From a virus, in the UHGV virus genome UHGV-0176771: a stretch of DNA of 64,000 nt; one strand, given 5' to 3'. Below, one piece after another: positions 26,898-36,492 of the stretch. The notes below the pieces were generated by a model. It worked only from the letters and a program-made list of their open reading frames with translations, ran no database searches and had not been told where the DNA came from. A program made the position numbers and the translations under genes. Each line of letters begins with the position of its first letter. Positions within the stretch are counted from its first letter, which is position 1.

Positions 26898-28716
26898 TTA
26901 TTTATTAAAAAACAATGACGATATTATTCGAGTTTTGGATGTGCAGCATGGACAGTCTTTAATCATAGATTGCATTAAACTGTCTATGCCAAAGTGGATT
27001 CTTAACAATCAGATAGATTCATTTGTGCCCTTTTCTGAAAATGATTTGTCTGAAATAACAGGCATATACACACAAGATATGGAAGATTTTTCATCTAACA
27101 GTAGAAAATTTATTCATGAACATTTCTCATTAATTGCAAGTATTCTGCCATATATATCTGAACCACAGAAAAGAAATGAAGCCATAAATACTATTTCGGA
27201 AGAGAGAGGCGTCTCAAAAACAACTATAAGAAAATACTTATGTTTGTATTTAGCGTATCAAGATATGTCTGTATTCGCACCAAAAAAGAAAAATCGAAAA
27301 TTAGAACTGTCTACAGATGAAAAGAATATGAGATGGGCGTTAAATAAATTTTACTATACTAGGAAGAAAAATACTCTTAATACAGCTTATACAATGCTTT
27401 TAAAAGAAAAATACTGTGATACAAATGGAAAGTTATTGACACATCATCCATCATTTTATCAGTTCCGGTATTTTTATCGCAAGACAAAAAAACTGCAAAC
27501 CTATTATATCTCAAGAAATGGGATAAAAAATTACCAGAGGAATAACAGACCGTTGATAGGAGATGGTGTACAACAATTTGCTCCAAATGTAGGGATTGGG
27601 ATGTTGGACGCAACAGTATGTGATATATATTTGGTTGATAATTCAGGAAATCTAGTTGGAAGACCAATATTAACCACATGTATAGATGCGTATAGCAGCC
27701 TGTGTTGTGGATATGCATTAACATGGGAAGGTGGAATATATAGTCTAAAAAACTTGATGCTAAATATCATTACAGACAAAGTAGAATTGTGCAAGAAACA
27801 TGGAATTATTATAAGTAAGCAAGAATGGAATATTGATCAGGTTCCCGGAGTGATGATTACAGATAAGGGTAGCGAATATAAATCAGAAGTATTTGAACAA
27901 TTAACTGAACTTGGGATTACAATAACAAATTTGCCACCATATAGACCAGAATTAAAAGGTTCTGTAGAGAAGTTTTTTGATTTAGTACAAGGATACTACA
28001 AAGAATATTTAAAAGGTAAAGGAGTAGTTAATCCAGACTTTCAAGAGCGTGGATGTCATGACTATAGAAAAGACGCCTGCCTGACATTAGAAGACTTTGA
28101 AAAGATAATATTGCGTTGTATATTGTATTATAATTCACAACGCATTTTAAAGAATTTTCCATACACAGAAGATATGATAAAAAATAATATTCAACCATAT
28201 GCAAATACAATATTTGAATATGGCAAAAAACGTATCGGAGCAAACTTAATATCTGTAAGTTCTAAAAATATAATTTATTCAATGCTTCCGAGAATAACAG
28301 GGAAATTTTCGCGTCGTGGTTTGATTGTAAATAAAATGAGATATCACTGTGATGGATATACGGAAGAATATTTAAACGGCGATTATGTAAAAGTGGCATA
28401 TGATTCAAATGACGTTACCACAGTATGGGCTATTTTGAACGGTGAATATGTTCCGTTTAATATTATTGAAAATAGGTTCAATGGAATGGATATTACAGAA
28501 ACAGATGCATTGCTGCAAGAACAAAAAAGGTTGGTGGCAAAAGAAGAATATAATAACATGCAGTCGAAAATTGATTTGGCTAAATATATAGAGACGATTG
28601 CTAATAATGTATGTCGAAAGCAAGATACAAAAATTAAAAATGTTAAACAAACAAGGAAAAGAGAAACGTATCGCACACACATTGACCATATAAACGGAGG
28701 AGTCGATTATGAGTAA
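26884..28716 (+). CDS. tnsB: TnsB-like DDE transposase (Mu/Tn7 family)
   Basis: DDE triad context (LDATVCD, MITDKGSEY, KGSVEKFF). N-terminal HTH-like region. 610 aa. Confidence 0.85.
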   Translation: MMQNNYLLKNNDDIIRVLDVQHGQSLIIDCIKLSMPKWILNNQIDSFVPFSENDLSEITGIYTQDMEDFSSNSRKFIHEHFSLIASILPYISEPQKRNEAINTISEERGVSKTTIRKYLCLYLAYQDMSVFAPKKKNRKLELSTDEKNMRWALNKFYYTRKKNTLNTAYTMLLKEKYCDTNGKLLTHHPSFYQFRYFYRKTKKLQTYYISRNGIKNYQRNNRPLIGDGVQQFAPNVGIGMLDATVCDIYLVDNSGNLVGRPILTTCIDAYSSLCCGYALTWEGGIYSLKNLMLNIITDKVELCKKHGIIISKQEWNIDQVPGVMITDKGSEYKSEVFEQLTELGITITNLPPYRPELKGSVEKFFDLVQGYYKEYLKGKGVVNPDFQERGCHDYRKDACLTLEDFEKIILRCILYYNSQRILKNFPYTEDMIKNNIQPYANTIFEYGKKRIGANLISVSSKNIIYSMLPRITGKFSRRGLIVNKMRYHCDGYTEEYLNGDYVKVAYDSNDVTTVWAILNGEYVPFNIIENRFNGMDITETDALLQEQKRLVAKEEYNNMQSKIDLAKYIETIANNVCRKQDTKIKNVKQTRKRETYRTHIDHINGGVDYE

Positions 28717-29959
28717 AACTACGGAATCAATTTATAATTTACCACCTATTTTATCAGGAGAACGACTGATTTCGTCTTTGACTGTATTGCCAGAATATGA
28801 GCCATCAATTATTCATAAAAGCGAAACAGAACGTTTAATGGCGCTGTCAGATATATATAGAATATATATACCATCAAAAATGTCCCAAGAGATATATAGC
28901 AAATTGTATCTTTCATTAATGCGTTCATTGCAGAAGAAAAGGACAGATCCATTTGTTATGCAACAGCAACAAAACAATTTTAGAATGATTCAAAAGAAGT
29001 TTTATAATGGTGGAATTATAGGTGGGTCAGATTCTTTTTCTATTATTGGTAATTCTGGAATAGGGAAAAGTGCATCTATATTTAGAGCAATTGATTTAAT
29101 AACAGACAGTACAGTCATAGAGTTTGAAAATCCATATGCAAAGGTAATACCGTCTCTGGTGGTGCAATGCCCCTTTGACTCTTCTGTAAAAGGACTTCTA
29201 TTGGAAATATTAAGAAAAGCTGATGAACTTCTTGGCTCAAAATACTATGAAAATGCGATCAAAATAAAGGCTACAACAGATACATTAATAGGTTGTGTCA
29301 GTCAAATTGCCTTGAACAATATCGGATTGTTAATTGTCGATGAAATACAAAATATATGTAATTCAAAAAATGGCAAAACTTTAGTTGGTAGTATAACGCA
29401 ACTGGTCAATAATTCCGGTATAAGTATTTGCTTTGTAGGAACTCCGGAATGTAAAAATTTTTTTGACAAAGCAATGCATCTTGCAAGGAGAACAATGGGG
29501 TTAGAATATACGTCTCTTGACTTTGATGTTGAATTTACCATGTTTTGTAAAATTATTTTTCAGTATCAGTACATGGAAGAAAGAATTGAAATTACTGATA
29601 AGATTATTAAATGGCTATACGACCACTCGTCTGGGAATGTTTCTATTGTTATAGCGCTTCTACATGACGCACAGGAGATAGGCATTCTGTCCGGACATAA
29701 ATCATTAAGTATTGATCTTTTTGAAATAGCATATAAACAAAGAATGTCTGTTTTACACGATTATATAAATATTCCAGACAAACAAAAATTAAAGCTGTGC
29801 AGTAAAAAAGATAAGCAAATTATCGAACGAGATAGTACAAAAGAAATAAACGATAATTTAAAAATATCTGATATTGTACAGGAATCGAAACAAAACAATA
29901 TTAATATTGTTTTATTGCTGAAAAAATACAATTTAATCGCCGAGGAGATATCGCTATGA
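28709..29959 (+). CDS. tnsC: TnsC-like AAA+ ATPase
   Basis: Walker A GNSGIGKS and Walker B LLIVDEIQ. Position after tnsB. Confidence 0.8.
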   Translation: MSKTTESIYNLPPILSGERLISSLTVLPEYEPSIIHKSETERLMALSDIYRIYIPSKMSQEIYSKLYLSLMRSLQKKRTDPFVMQQQQNNFRMIQKKFYNGGIIGGSDSFSIIGNSGIGKSASIFRAIDLITDSTVIEFENPYAKVIPSLVVQCPFDSSVKGLLLEILRKADELLGSKYYENAIKIKATTDTLIGCVSQIALNNIGLLIVDEIQNICNSKNGKTLVGSITQLVNNSGISICFVGTPECKNFFDKAMHLARRTMGLEYTSLDFDVEFTMFCKIIFQYQYMEERIEITDKIIKWLYDHSSGNVSIVIALLHDAQEIGILSGHKSLSIDLFEIAYKQRMSVLHDYINIPDKQKLKLCSKKDKQIIERDSTKEINDNLKISDIVQESKQNNINIVLLLKKYNLIAEEISL

Positions 29960-31566
29960 TTGCTTATGTGCCAACAATGTATCCAGATGAAACTGTGTAT
30001 AGCTTACTTACAAGAATATATGAAAAAAGTGGATATCTATCATATGCTCATGCAAAAAATGATTTTTTTGTTAATCCAAAAGAGGGAATTGAATTTTTGT
30101 TCTTAAATAAGTTAAGCAAAGAACTCATAGATATTATCACTCGGAATCAAACGCTAGATGACGTAATAAAGAATCACACGCTATATAATTATTATGGAAG
30201 ATATCTTGGAGTTGAAAAAAGAAAAGATGCATACAATTCTCTGTGCAACATGACAGGAGATTATTTCCGTATTTTCGTATTAAATAAAAAATCTTCAGAG
30301 GAAACTTATCTCCGTTATTGTCCCATGTGCGTAAGTGAAGATAAACATATTTATGGGGAAACATATTGGAAACGTACACATCAAATACCAGAATTAGAAG
30401 TGTGTCCTGTCCATGGGTGCAAATTATTAAATAGTAATGTTTCAAATAATAAACATAGGGCTATGTCATTTATCTCTGCAAATACAGCCGTGAAAGACTT
30501 AACCATAATTCAAGGATCAGAACAAGATATAAAACTGGCAGAATATATAGGTGCTTCAGTGTGCGAAAATATAGAATACAATGACGATTTATTGATCGGT
30601 AAATATCTCACATCCAAGTTGGAAGGTACAAAATATTTATCATCATGTGGGAATGGAATCAATCGAAAATTATTATTTCAGGACTTAACAAATTTTTATA
30701 GTGGGTGTAAATATGTAATTCAAGAAATAAATCATTTATCTAAGATTTTTCATGGGAAAAGAACAAAGCCTTTTGAAATTATTCAGATTGCTATGTTTTT
30801 AAAAATCCCATGTAATGAATTAGCTAACGCACAGAATCCAGACAAGACTCCATCAGAAAAATTTGAGCAAAAGGTTATTAACATGCTCCGGGACAAAACA
30901 ATGGAAGAGGTGTCTTCTAAATTAAATATTTCAAAATCCGCCATTAAAATTATTATACGAAAACATAACGGAGTAGCAGATAATTACACAAAATACGAAA
31001 TACAAGAATGTAGGAAAATATGGACTGATACCATAAAAGAATATCCAAACTGTTCTTTTCAAGAGATTTGTATGTACTCTAAATATAGATTAAGTTTACA
31101 ATGGTTAAGAAGAAACGATAAAGAATGGACAGACAAACATTATCCACGTAAACAAATAAATTCTGTCAGGCAACAAAATATCGACTTATTAGACAAAAAA
31201 TATCTGTCACAAATTGAAAATGTAATTCAAGAGTATAGGGAGCGCCAAGGTGAAATGCCAAAACGAATAACGATAAACGCAATTAGCAACTATATTGGTA
31301 TCCCTGGTAGACAATTATATTATATGAAACAATGCAGAGCTGTTATAGAAAAATATGCAGAAACAGACGAGGAATTTCGAGTCAGAAAAATATTATGGGC
31401 TGTTGATATGTTACAAAGAGATAATAAGAAGTTGACTTTCAATCAGATAAGAAAACTGACACATATTCATTCAGGGCACTATTACAAATGTCGTCCTCTT
31501 CTTGTAGATACGATAGGGGAGGAAACAGTTCTTCGTATTGATCCAAATACTTCTATTGTGAGTTAA
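29956..31566 (+). CDS. tnsD: TnsD/TniQ-like target-site selector
   Basis: TniQ-type N-terminus (PDETVYSLLTRI) and zinc-finger CPMCV ... CPVHGC. Position after tnsC. Confidence 0.7.
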   Translation: MIAYVPTMYPDETVYSLLTRIYEKSGYLSYAHAKNDFFVNPKEGIEFLFLNKLSKELIDIITRNQTLDDVIKNHTLYNYYGRYLGVEKRKDAYNSLCNMTGDYFRIFVLNKKSSEETYLRYCPMCVSEDKHIYGETYWKRTHQIPELEVCPVHGCKLLNSNVSNNKHRAMSFISANTAVKDLTIIQGSEQDIKLAEYIGASVCENIEYNDDLLIGKYLTSKLEGTKYLSSCGNGINRKLLFQDLTNFYSGCKYVIQEINHLSKIFHGKRTKPFEIIQIAMFLKIPCNELANAQNPDKTPSEKFEQKVINMLRDKTMEEVSSKLNISKSAIKIIIRKHNGVADNYTKYEIQECRKIWTDTIKEYPNCSFQEICMYSKYRLSLQWLRRNDKEWTDKHYPRKQINSVRQQNIDLLDKKYLSQIENVIQEYRERQGEMPKRITINAISNYIGIPGRQLYYMKQCRAVIEKYAETDEEFRVRKILWAVDMLQRDNKKLTFNQIRKLTHIHSGHYYKCRPLLVDTIGEETVLRIDPNTSIVS

Positions 31567-31570
31567 AAGG

Positions 31571-31630
31571 TAAAAAAATGGGTAGAAGAGGAATTAACCT
31601 CAACTACCCATATCATTATTATTTAATTCT
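31571..31630. terminator. Bidirectional intrinsic terminator between convergent tnsD and endolysin (stem TGGGTAG/CTACCCA with inner GAGG/CCTC, A-tract upstream and T-tract downstream)
   Basis: Hairpin and flanking A/T runs read from the sequence. Confidence 0.45.
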
Positions 31631-32365
31631 TTTTGCTGCAGCTTCAAGTCTAATATGCCACGGAGCATCTTTTGTAAATTGATAACTCGGCATTTCTTTA
31701 CCGTTGTTGTCTCTGTAAATTTTTGTCAGAATATTTAATTCGTCCGGATGACCAAGAGGATGTACGGACTGTCCATCAAAATAGTAAACACAATTTTCTC
31801 CCTTTACACTATATAAACATTGCATAGTCGTTTCTCCTTTCTTTTCTGAAACATTATTTGGATTTCCATTACTTACAGAACCACCCATAAGTTCTCTGAT
31901 TCGTTTAACAAAATATGCCTTTGTTGCCGCAACACCACCATGTATTTCTACTGACCTATGCGGACAAGCAGTAGGGAATACTTCTTGATGTAGGCGGATC
32001 GTGTTTTCGTTTGGTGTAATTCCATATTGCTTACACTTCTCAGCACACCACTGCAAAGCGCGTTCCTCGTTCTGTTTAAAGGTATTTAAATCTCCCATAC
32101 TCTGACAAACTTCGATACTCAGGTAATTTATATTGCCGTCTGTATTTCCGCAATGCCATGCACAGTTTGCATCATCCTCTACCTGCCTAACACCATCACT
32201 GCCGCAATATGCGTGAGCGAACCCTTCTTCTTTGTTCTTACTACCATTTGCTAAAGAATTAGCCCAATAAGCAGCATTTAAAGAACTGCCACCTGCATCA
32301 TTGTGAATAAAAATACCGACAGGATTTCTACCTCTCCTGCCGGCAACGCCTCCACATATACTCAT
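31619..32365 (-). CDS. Endolysin: N-acetylmuramoyl-L-alanine amidase (PGRP/Amidase_2 type) with C-terminal cell-wall-binding region
   Basis: Amidase_2 motifs (GIFIHNDAGG, zinc-ligand H/C pattern). AAGGAAGGTGA RBS. Confidence 0.8.
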   Translation of the reverse strand: MSICGGVAGRRGRNPVGIFIHNDAGGSSLNAAYWANSLANGSKNKEEGFAHAYCGSDGVRQVEDDANCAWHCGNTDGNINYLSIEVCQSMGDLNTFKQNEERALQWCAEKCKQYGITPNENTIRLHQEVFPTACPHRSVEIHGGVAATKAYFVKRIRELMGGSVSNGNPNNVSEKKGETTMQCLYSVKGENCVYYFDGQSVHPLGHPDELNILTKIYRDNNGKEMPSYQFTKDAPWHIRLEAAAKRIK

Positions 32366-32393
32366 TCGGTTTCACCTTCCTTTATGTGAATAA

Positions 32394-32486
32394 TTATTTT
32401 TCTTCGGTATCGTTTTCCTGATTTTGTCTTAAAATTTCTTCAAGCTCTTCAATACTAATTGTTTCTAAATTTTTAATTTCTGACAT
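32394..32486 (-). CDS. Small acidic peptide (30 aa) between the XkdX-like gene and the endolysin
   Basis: Manually found. AGGAGGA RBS. Not hydrophobic, so not a holin. Confidence 0.15.
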   Translation of the reverse strand: MSEIKNLETISIEELEEILRQNQENDTEEK

Positions 32487-32502
32487 AATTTTGTCCTCCT
32501 TT

Positions 32503-32537
32503 ATATATAAAAAAGGTAGTGCGGTTAAGCACTATCC
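32503..32537 (-). terminator. Intrinsic terminator after the XkdX-like gene (stem GGTAGTGC/GCACTATCC followed by T-tract on the - strand)
   Basis: Hairpin plus TTTTTTAT on the minus strand. Confidence 0.45.
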
Positions 32538-32558
32538 TCTGAGTTTGTTTGTTCATTG

Positions 32559-33005
32559 TTATTCTGAAGCCACTTTTCTCCAGATAGGTTCTCCGATTCC
32601 AAACTCAGCCGGGTCATAAGTATTGTGGTCAATTCCACTTTCATAAATTTGACTATTTCGTTTCACCCGTTCCCCCTTCATGTAAATCCCAACGCCCCCT
32701 ACTCCATGAGGGAGTCCGTTCCATTTCTGCCATTCTGGTACTTCTCCGCTTGGCTTCTTGTTTTCCAGCACGTCAAGCCGTGTTTTTATTCCTTCCATTT
32801 CCGCACCTAATGCTAAGACTTGCTCTTTTAACTCAGGATATTCGTTCTCAATATCTCGGTTTACGATTGCTAAATCCATAAGTTCTTTGTATTCTTCCGT
32901 TGTGAGTTGCTTTTTCAGTAAATACGCATTCAGCATATCCACACACTCGCTCATGGAATACTCTTTGTTTGCAATTCTAATTTTTAATTCTTCGTATAAG
33001 TTCAT
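32559..33005 (-). CDS. XkdX-like phage protein (N-terminal 45 aa resemble the XkdX family) with C-terminal extension
   Basis: Pattern KEYS ... LTTEEYKELM resembles XkdX. Sits downstream of the tail-fibre genes. Confidence 0.3.
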   Translation of the reverse strand: MNLYEELKIRIANKEYSMSECVDMLNAYLLKKQLTTEEYKELMDLAIVNRDIENEYPELKEQVLALGAEMEGIKTRLDVLENKKPSGEVPEWQKWNGLPHGVGGVGIYMKGERVKRNSQIYESGIDHNTYDPAEFGIGEPIWRKVASE

Positions 33006-33007
33006 CT

Positions 33008-35113
33008 TTACACCCTGCTTTCTAGCTCAAGCAATTTTGTTTGCATGGCATTGATTGTTTTTCCGAATTTGTTATCAATATAGTTTTTGGTATCTGCTGT
33101 ATAGGTTACTTTAATATCTGGGTCAAGCTCCCCTCCGTCCGCTGTGATGACTGTGGTAGGGTAGTAGGTTTTTAAGGCTCGGATAGCGTTTTGCTCGGAT
33201 TGTGGGAGGGGGACGAATTCTGGTTCTAATGACTGATATACTATTTCATATGGAGTTCCTTTTTCATATTCTTTTTTCAAATATGCTATATATGCCGCTT
33301 TTTTCTCTTGCATGGTAGCATCATCATTAACACCAAGCAAACTATTAAAAAACCGCATATGGATTTGATTTCCACCGTTAATTGTGAATCCATCCTTATT
33401 GTTACAGGCTTCAGACCAAATACCTTTCACTCGGGTTAGTCTGTCGCATACTGCTTCTAGTCCCATTTTACTCACATTGGTGATATACATATTTGTGCTA
33501 ATCCCTGAATAATATTGTGCTCCACCAAAGATATAATTTTCACTTCCTGTTACGGTATATTTTTTCGTTCCATACAACCATCCAATCTCTCCACCCTGTT
33601 CTACCAGTCTGTCCCACTTTGTGATTGGGCGGTCGGACGTGAGGGTGAGGGTTTGTTCTTTGTATGGCTCGTAAGGGGTTGCGGTGTTGCCTTTTTCTAG
33701 TTGGATATACTTATATTCATGTTTTCGATATGCTAAAACTTTTATATATACAACGTCTTTTTGTATCAAAAATGTTTTTACACCAACTTGGCCAAATCCA
33801 ATATACATATTCTTACCATCTTCGTAAAACAACTCTAAAGCAGCCGCGCCTGTTGAGTCTTCTACTTTTAATACTTCGATACTAAGTATTGTATTTGCAG
33901 GAATAAAGCAATCATATCTTTCTACATATTTGTCAATTATAAAAGTACCATCTTCATTTTTTTTAAAATTACAAGTATCAATAAACTTATTCATATCAAA
34001 TAAATTCTTCCCCGTAATTTTAACATCCACTTCATACTTCTGCGTTTCCTCATTCCACTTTCCAGAGTTTTTGATTTCCTGCGGATATTCTGGGCTTGGG
34101 GATGGTTTACCACCGGTGTATGGCTCGTAAGGTTTAGCGACGGAACCCTCGTTTATGATGATTCCACCAGCGTTTTGTATCATACTCTTAACTCTTTCGA
34201 GATTGTTATTGACTCCTAAGTAAATGTTTCCATCTTCTGGCGTCAATGTCTTATACTTGGAAATAGCCGCAGATCCGTGCGATAACCATGTTTTGTCACT
34301 ACCGTCCGGTTTTATCCCTACTGTCAGATATTCGCCATTTTTATTTGTATTTTTAGTAGATACTGTAACCGTACCGTTTACCGGAAATTTATAATAATAA
34401 AATCCGCTTCCTGATTGTGTTTTATCATAATTTTCGCTGTCAAAATCTAAAAGTAACTTTTCGTCAAATAGATTAACGCCGCTTGTCGTCACCTGTTCCG
34501 TCTTCCCACCAAGCTCCAGCCTCTCGAGCGTTCTCTCTGCACTATCAGGTATCACAAGAGGGCTTTCTCCACTCATGGTATTTATGATTGCAATTCCGTC
34601 TCCACCGCCACTCTGCACCTCTCCGGGTGCAACATTACCATCTTCTCCGATCACAAGAACTTTACCCTTGTTCTCGATTCCCTGCTGTTTATTCAGCTTA
34701 GTTTCCATTTGTGTCTGGAAATCTTCTGGTATGGACTGCAAGACTTTCTGTCCTTCATCACGCACAGCTTTGACCTGTTTTGTCCCCTCTGTGGCAATTC
34801 TATCAATTTGTTCTTGAGGGGAAGTTGTTATTTGATTCCAATGTCCATTTGTATATCTCCACAATATAGATGTTTCAATTACGAAATAAAAAGAATCAAT
34901 AGGTGCAAGTAAATCATTGCGCTGTTCTTCTGTTTCTATGGTTTGTATTTGCTCGTAAACCGTACGAACTCCACGATTATCTAATATAATCTTCTTTTTA
35001 TCGTAAACGAAAATAAGTTGTCCATCCTCAAGTGGAAGAGTGGGCAACTTGGATTCGACTGTAGAGTATGCCTTTAATATAGTTTTTGATTCAGCTTTTG
35101 CCATAATCAGCAC
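33008..35113 (-). CDS. Tail fibre / receptor-binding protein
   Basis: Size, position and composition; no specific motif recognised. Confidence 0.4.
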   Translation of the reverse strand: MLIMAKAESKTILKAYSTVESKLPTLPLEDGQLIFVYDKKKIILDNRGVRTVYEQIQTIETEEQRNDLLAPIDSFYFVIETSILWRYTNGHWNQITTSPQEQIDRIATEGTKQVKAVRDEGQKVLQSIPEDFQTQMETKLNKQQGIENKGKVLVIGEDGNVAPGEVQSGGGDGIAIINTMSGESPLVIPDSAERTLERLELGGKTEQVTTSGVNLFDEKLLLDFDSENYDKTQSGSGFYYYKFPVNGTVTVSTKNTNKNGEYLTVGIKPDGSDKTWLSHGSAAISKYKTLTPEDGNIYLGVNNNLERVKSMIQNAGGIIINEGSVAKPYEPYTGGKPSPSPEYPQEIKNSGKWNEETQKYEVDVKITGKNLFDMNKFIDTCNFKKNEDGTFIIDKYVERYDCFIPANTILSIEVLKVEDSTGAAALELFYEDGKNMYIGFGQVGVKTFLIQKDVVYIKVLAYRKHEYKYIQLEKGNTATPYEPYKEQTLTLTSDRPITKWDRLVEQGGEIGWLYGTKKYTVTGSENYIFGGAQYYSGISTNMYITNVSKMGLEAVCDRLTRVKGIWSEACNNKDGFTINGGNQIHMRFFNSLLGVNDDATMQEKKAAYIAYLKKEYEKGTPYEIVYQSLEPEFVPLPQSEQNAIRALKTYYPTTVITADGGELDPDIKVTYTADTKNYIDNKFGKTINAMQTKLLELESRV

Positions 35114-35138
35114 CTCCGATTCTTATATATTTTTATAG

Positions 35139-36473
35139 TTAAAATTCTGTAATAGTAAGCTTTTCATCTGTATAGGCTTTGCTTTGCTTAATAGCGTTGT
35201 TGATTTGGTCGGTTATATCTACTCCCCCTGATCCTACCGCACGTTTTACATAATCAACAACAGTACTAGACTCACCTAAATCGCCAACTTTTGTATTCAA
35301 GGCTTCATTAGCAGCCTGTGCAGCTTCAGACAGAATTCCAGGTTTTGCAGCAGAAATCTTAGAATCAACAGTTGCAGCATCTACTTTTGTATTGACATTA
35401 TCTTTGATAACTTTCAGTTTTCCGTCAATGTCAGTCTTTGTGTATGCATCCTCAATACCATATCCAGCTAATGTTGTGGCTTTGTCTGCTTTACCATCAA
35501 CAGTATTTTTAAGAGCATCTACTTTACTTTGTGCATCTGTAGATGCCTCATTCAGTAATTCAGTTTGAGTCTTAGTGTATGTATCAAGTTTATCCTTATT
35601 TGCATGTTCATGTGCTTTTGCGATTGCTTCATTCAGAGCAGAGATATTTACTTTGGAAGATTTGATAACCTTTCCGGTAGCACCGCTCATTACAACGATC
35701 TCGCCTTCAATAGCAGAAGTATCAGCACTCGTAACAGCACCGTCAATGTTAGACTGCAACACGATTCCATCAGCATTAGATGCAGATTCAACATTGTAAT
35801 CTTTTACGATAAGAATCAAATCACCGATTTCGCATTTCTGTCCAAGGTATGTTCCGGCAAGAGCAACAACATATTTCTGACCAGCTTTATATGCTTCCGA
35901 TGGGAATTGATGATCTTCGTCAATTACAATCGGAACTTCAGATTTTGCAGCATTAACGAGAGAATCTGCGTACTCTTTCGTTGCTAAATCTTTTCCTTCC
36001 AGTTTTACTGTTCCTGTAAAGTTAGCATTTGCAATGTTTGCTTTCAGGTTAATATCGCTTTCTAATTTCGTAATACGTTTCTGGAAATCAGTGATAGATG
36101 TAGATACATCTTCAAATACCTTAACCCATTTAGCACCATCCCAAATGTAACCAACATTTGTATCAATATAGATAACGCCCTGTTGCTGTCCGGATTCTGG
36201 TCTTGTTCCAACGATTACATACTGTTTCAGAGCAGACGGGTCTGCGCCAACAGCTTCAAGAGTACAGTTTCCGTTTTCTCCTTGTAGTACAAATGCTTTA
36301 TATTTACCATTTACCTTTGCTGTGATAATTTGTCCGGCGTAAGCATTTGGTTGCTTTGCATACGTTTCAGCTTCTCCTTGAGAACCCCATAATGAACGTG
36401 AATCAAGTGGAAGTGGATTCGCAGGAGCAAAAGCCTTCACAGCAACGAGCAAATTTTTAGAATCAATAGCCAT
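35139..36473 (-). CDS. Tail fibre-like structural protein with coiled-coil and repetitive KxD segments
   Basis: Composition and position. Confidence 0.35.
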   Translation of the reverse strand: MAIDSKNLLVAVKAFAPANPLPLDSRSLWGSQGEAETYAKQPNAYAGQIITAKVNGKYKAFVLQGENGNCTLEAVGADPSALKQYVIVGTRPESGQQQGVIYIDTNVGYIWDGAKWVKVFEDVSTSITDFQKRITKLESDINLKANIANANFTGTVKLEGKDLATKEYADSLVNAAKSEVPIVIDEDHQFPSEAYKAGQKYVVALAGTYLGQKCEIGDLILIVKDYNVESASNADGIVLQSNIDGAVTSADTSAIEGEIVVMSGATGKVIKSSKVNISALNEAIAKAHEHANKDKLDTYTKTQTELLNEASTDAQSKVDALKNTVDGKADKATTLAGYGIEDAYTKTDIDGKLKVIKDNVNTKVDAATVDSKISAAKPGILSEAAQAANEALNTKVGDLGESSTVVDYVKRAVGSGGVDITDQINNAIKQSKAYTDEKLTITEF

Positions 36474-36492
36474 AATTACAATCCTCCTTTAT

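Larger units (their letters stand above)
26300..31570 (+). mobile_element. Tn7-like transposon core (tnsA-like, tnsB, tnsC, tnsD/tniQ) with repeat-rich tnsA-proximal end; distal end not identified
   Basis: Four consecutive overlapping genes with the hallmark domains in the canonical Tn7 order. Boundaries are approximate. Confidence 0.6.

Noticed and set aside
32394-32486. Holin between XkdX-like gene and endolysin
   Set aside because: The only ORF there is a 30-aa acidic, non-hydrophobic peptide with no TM segment.
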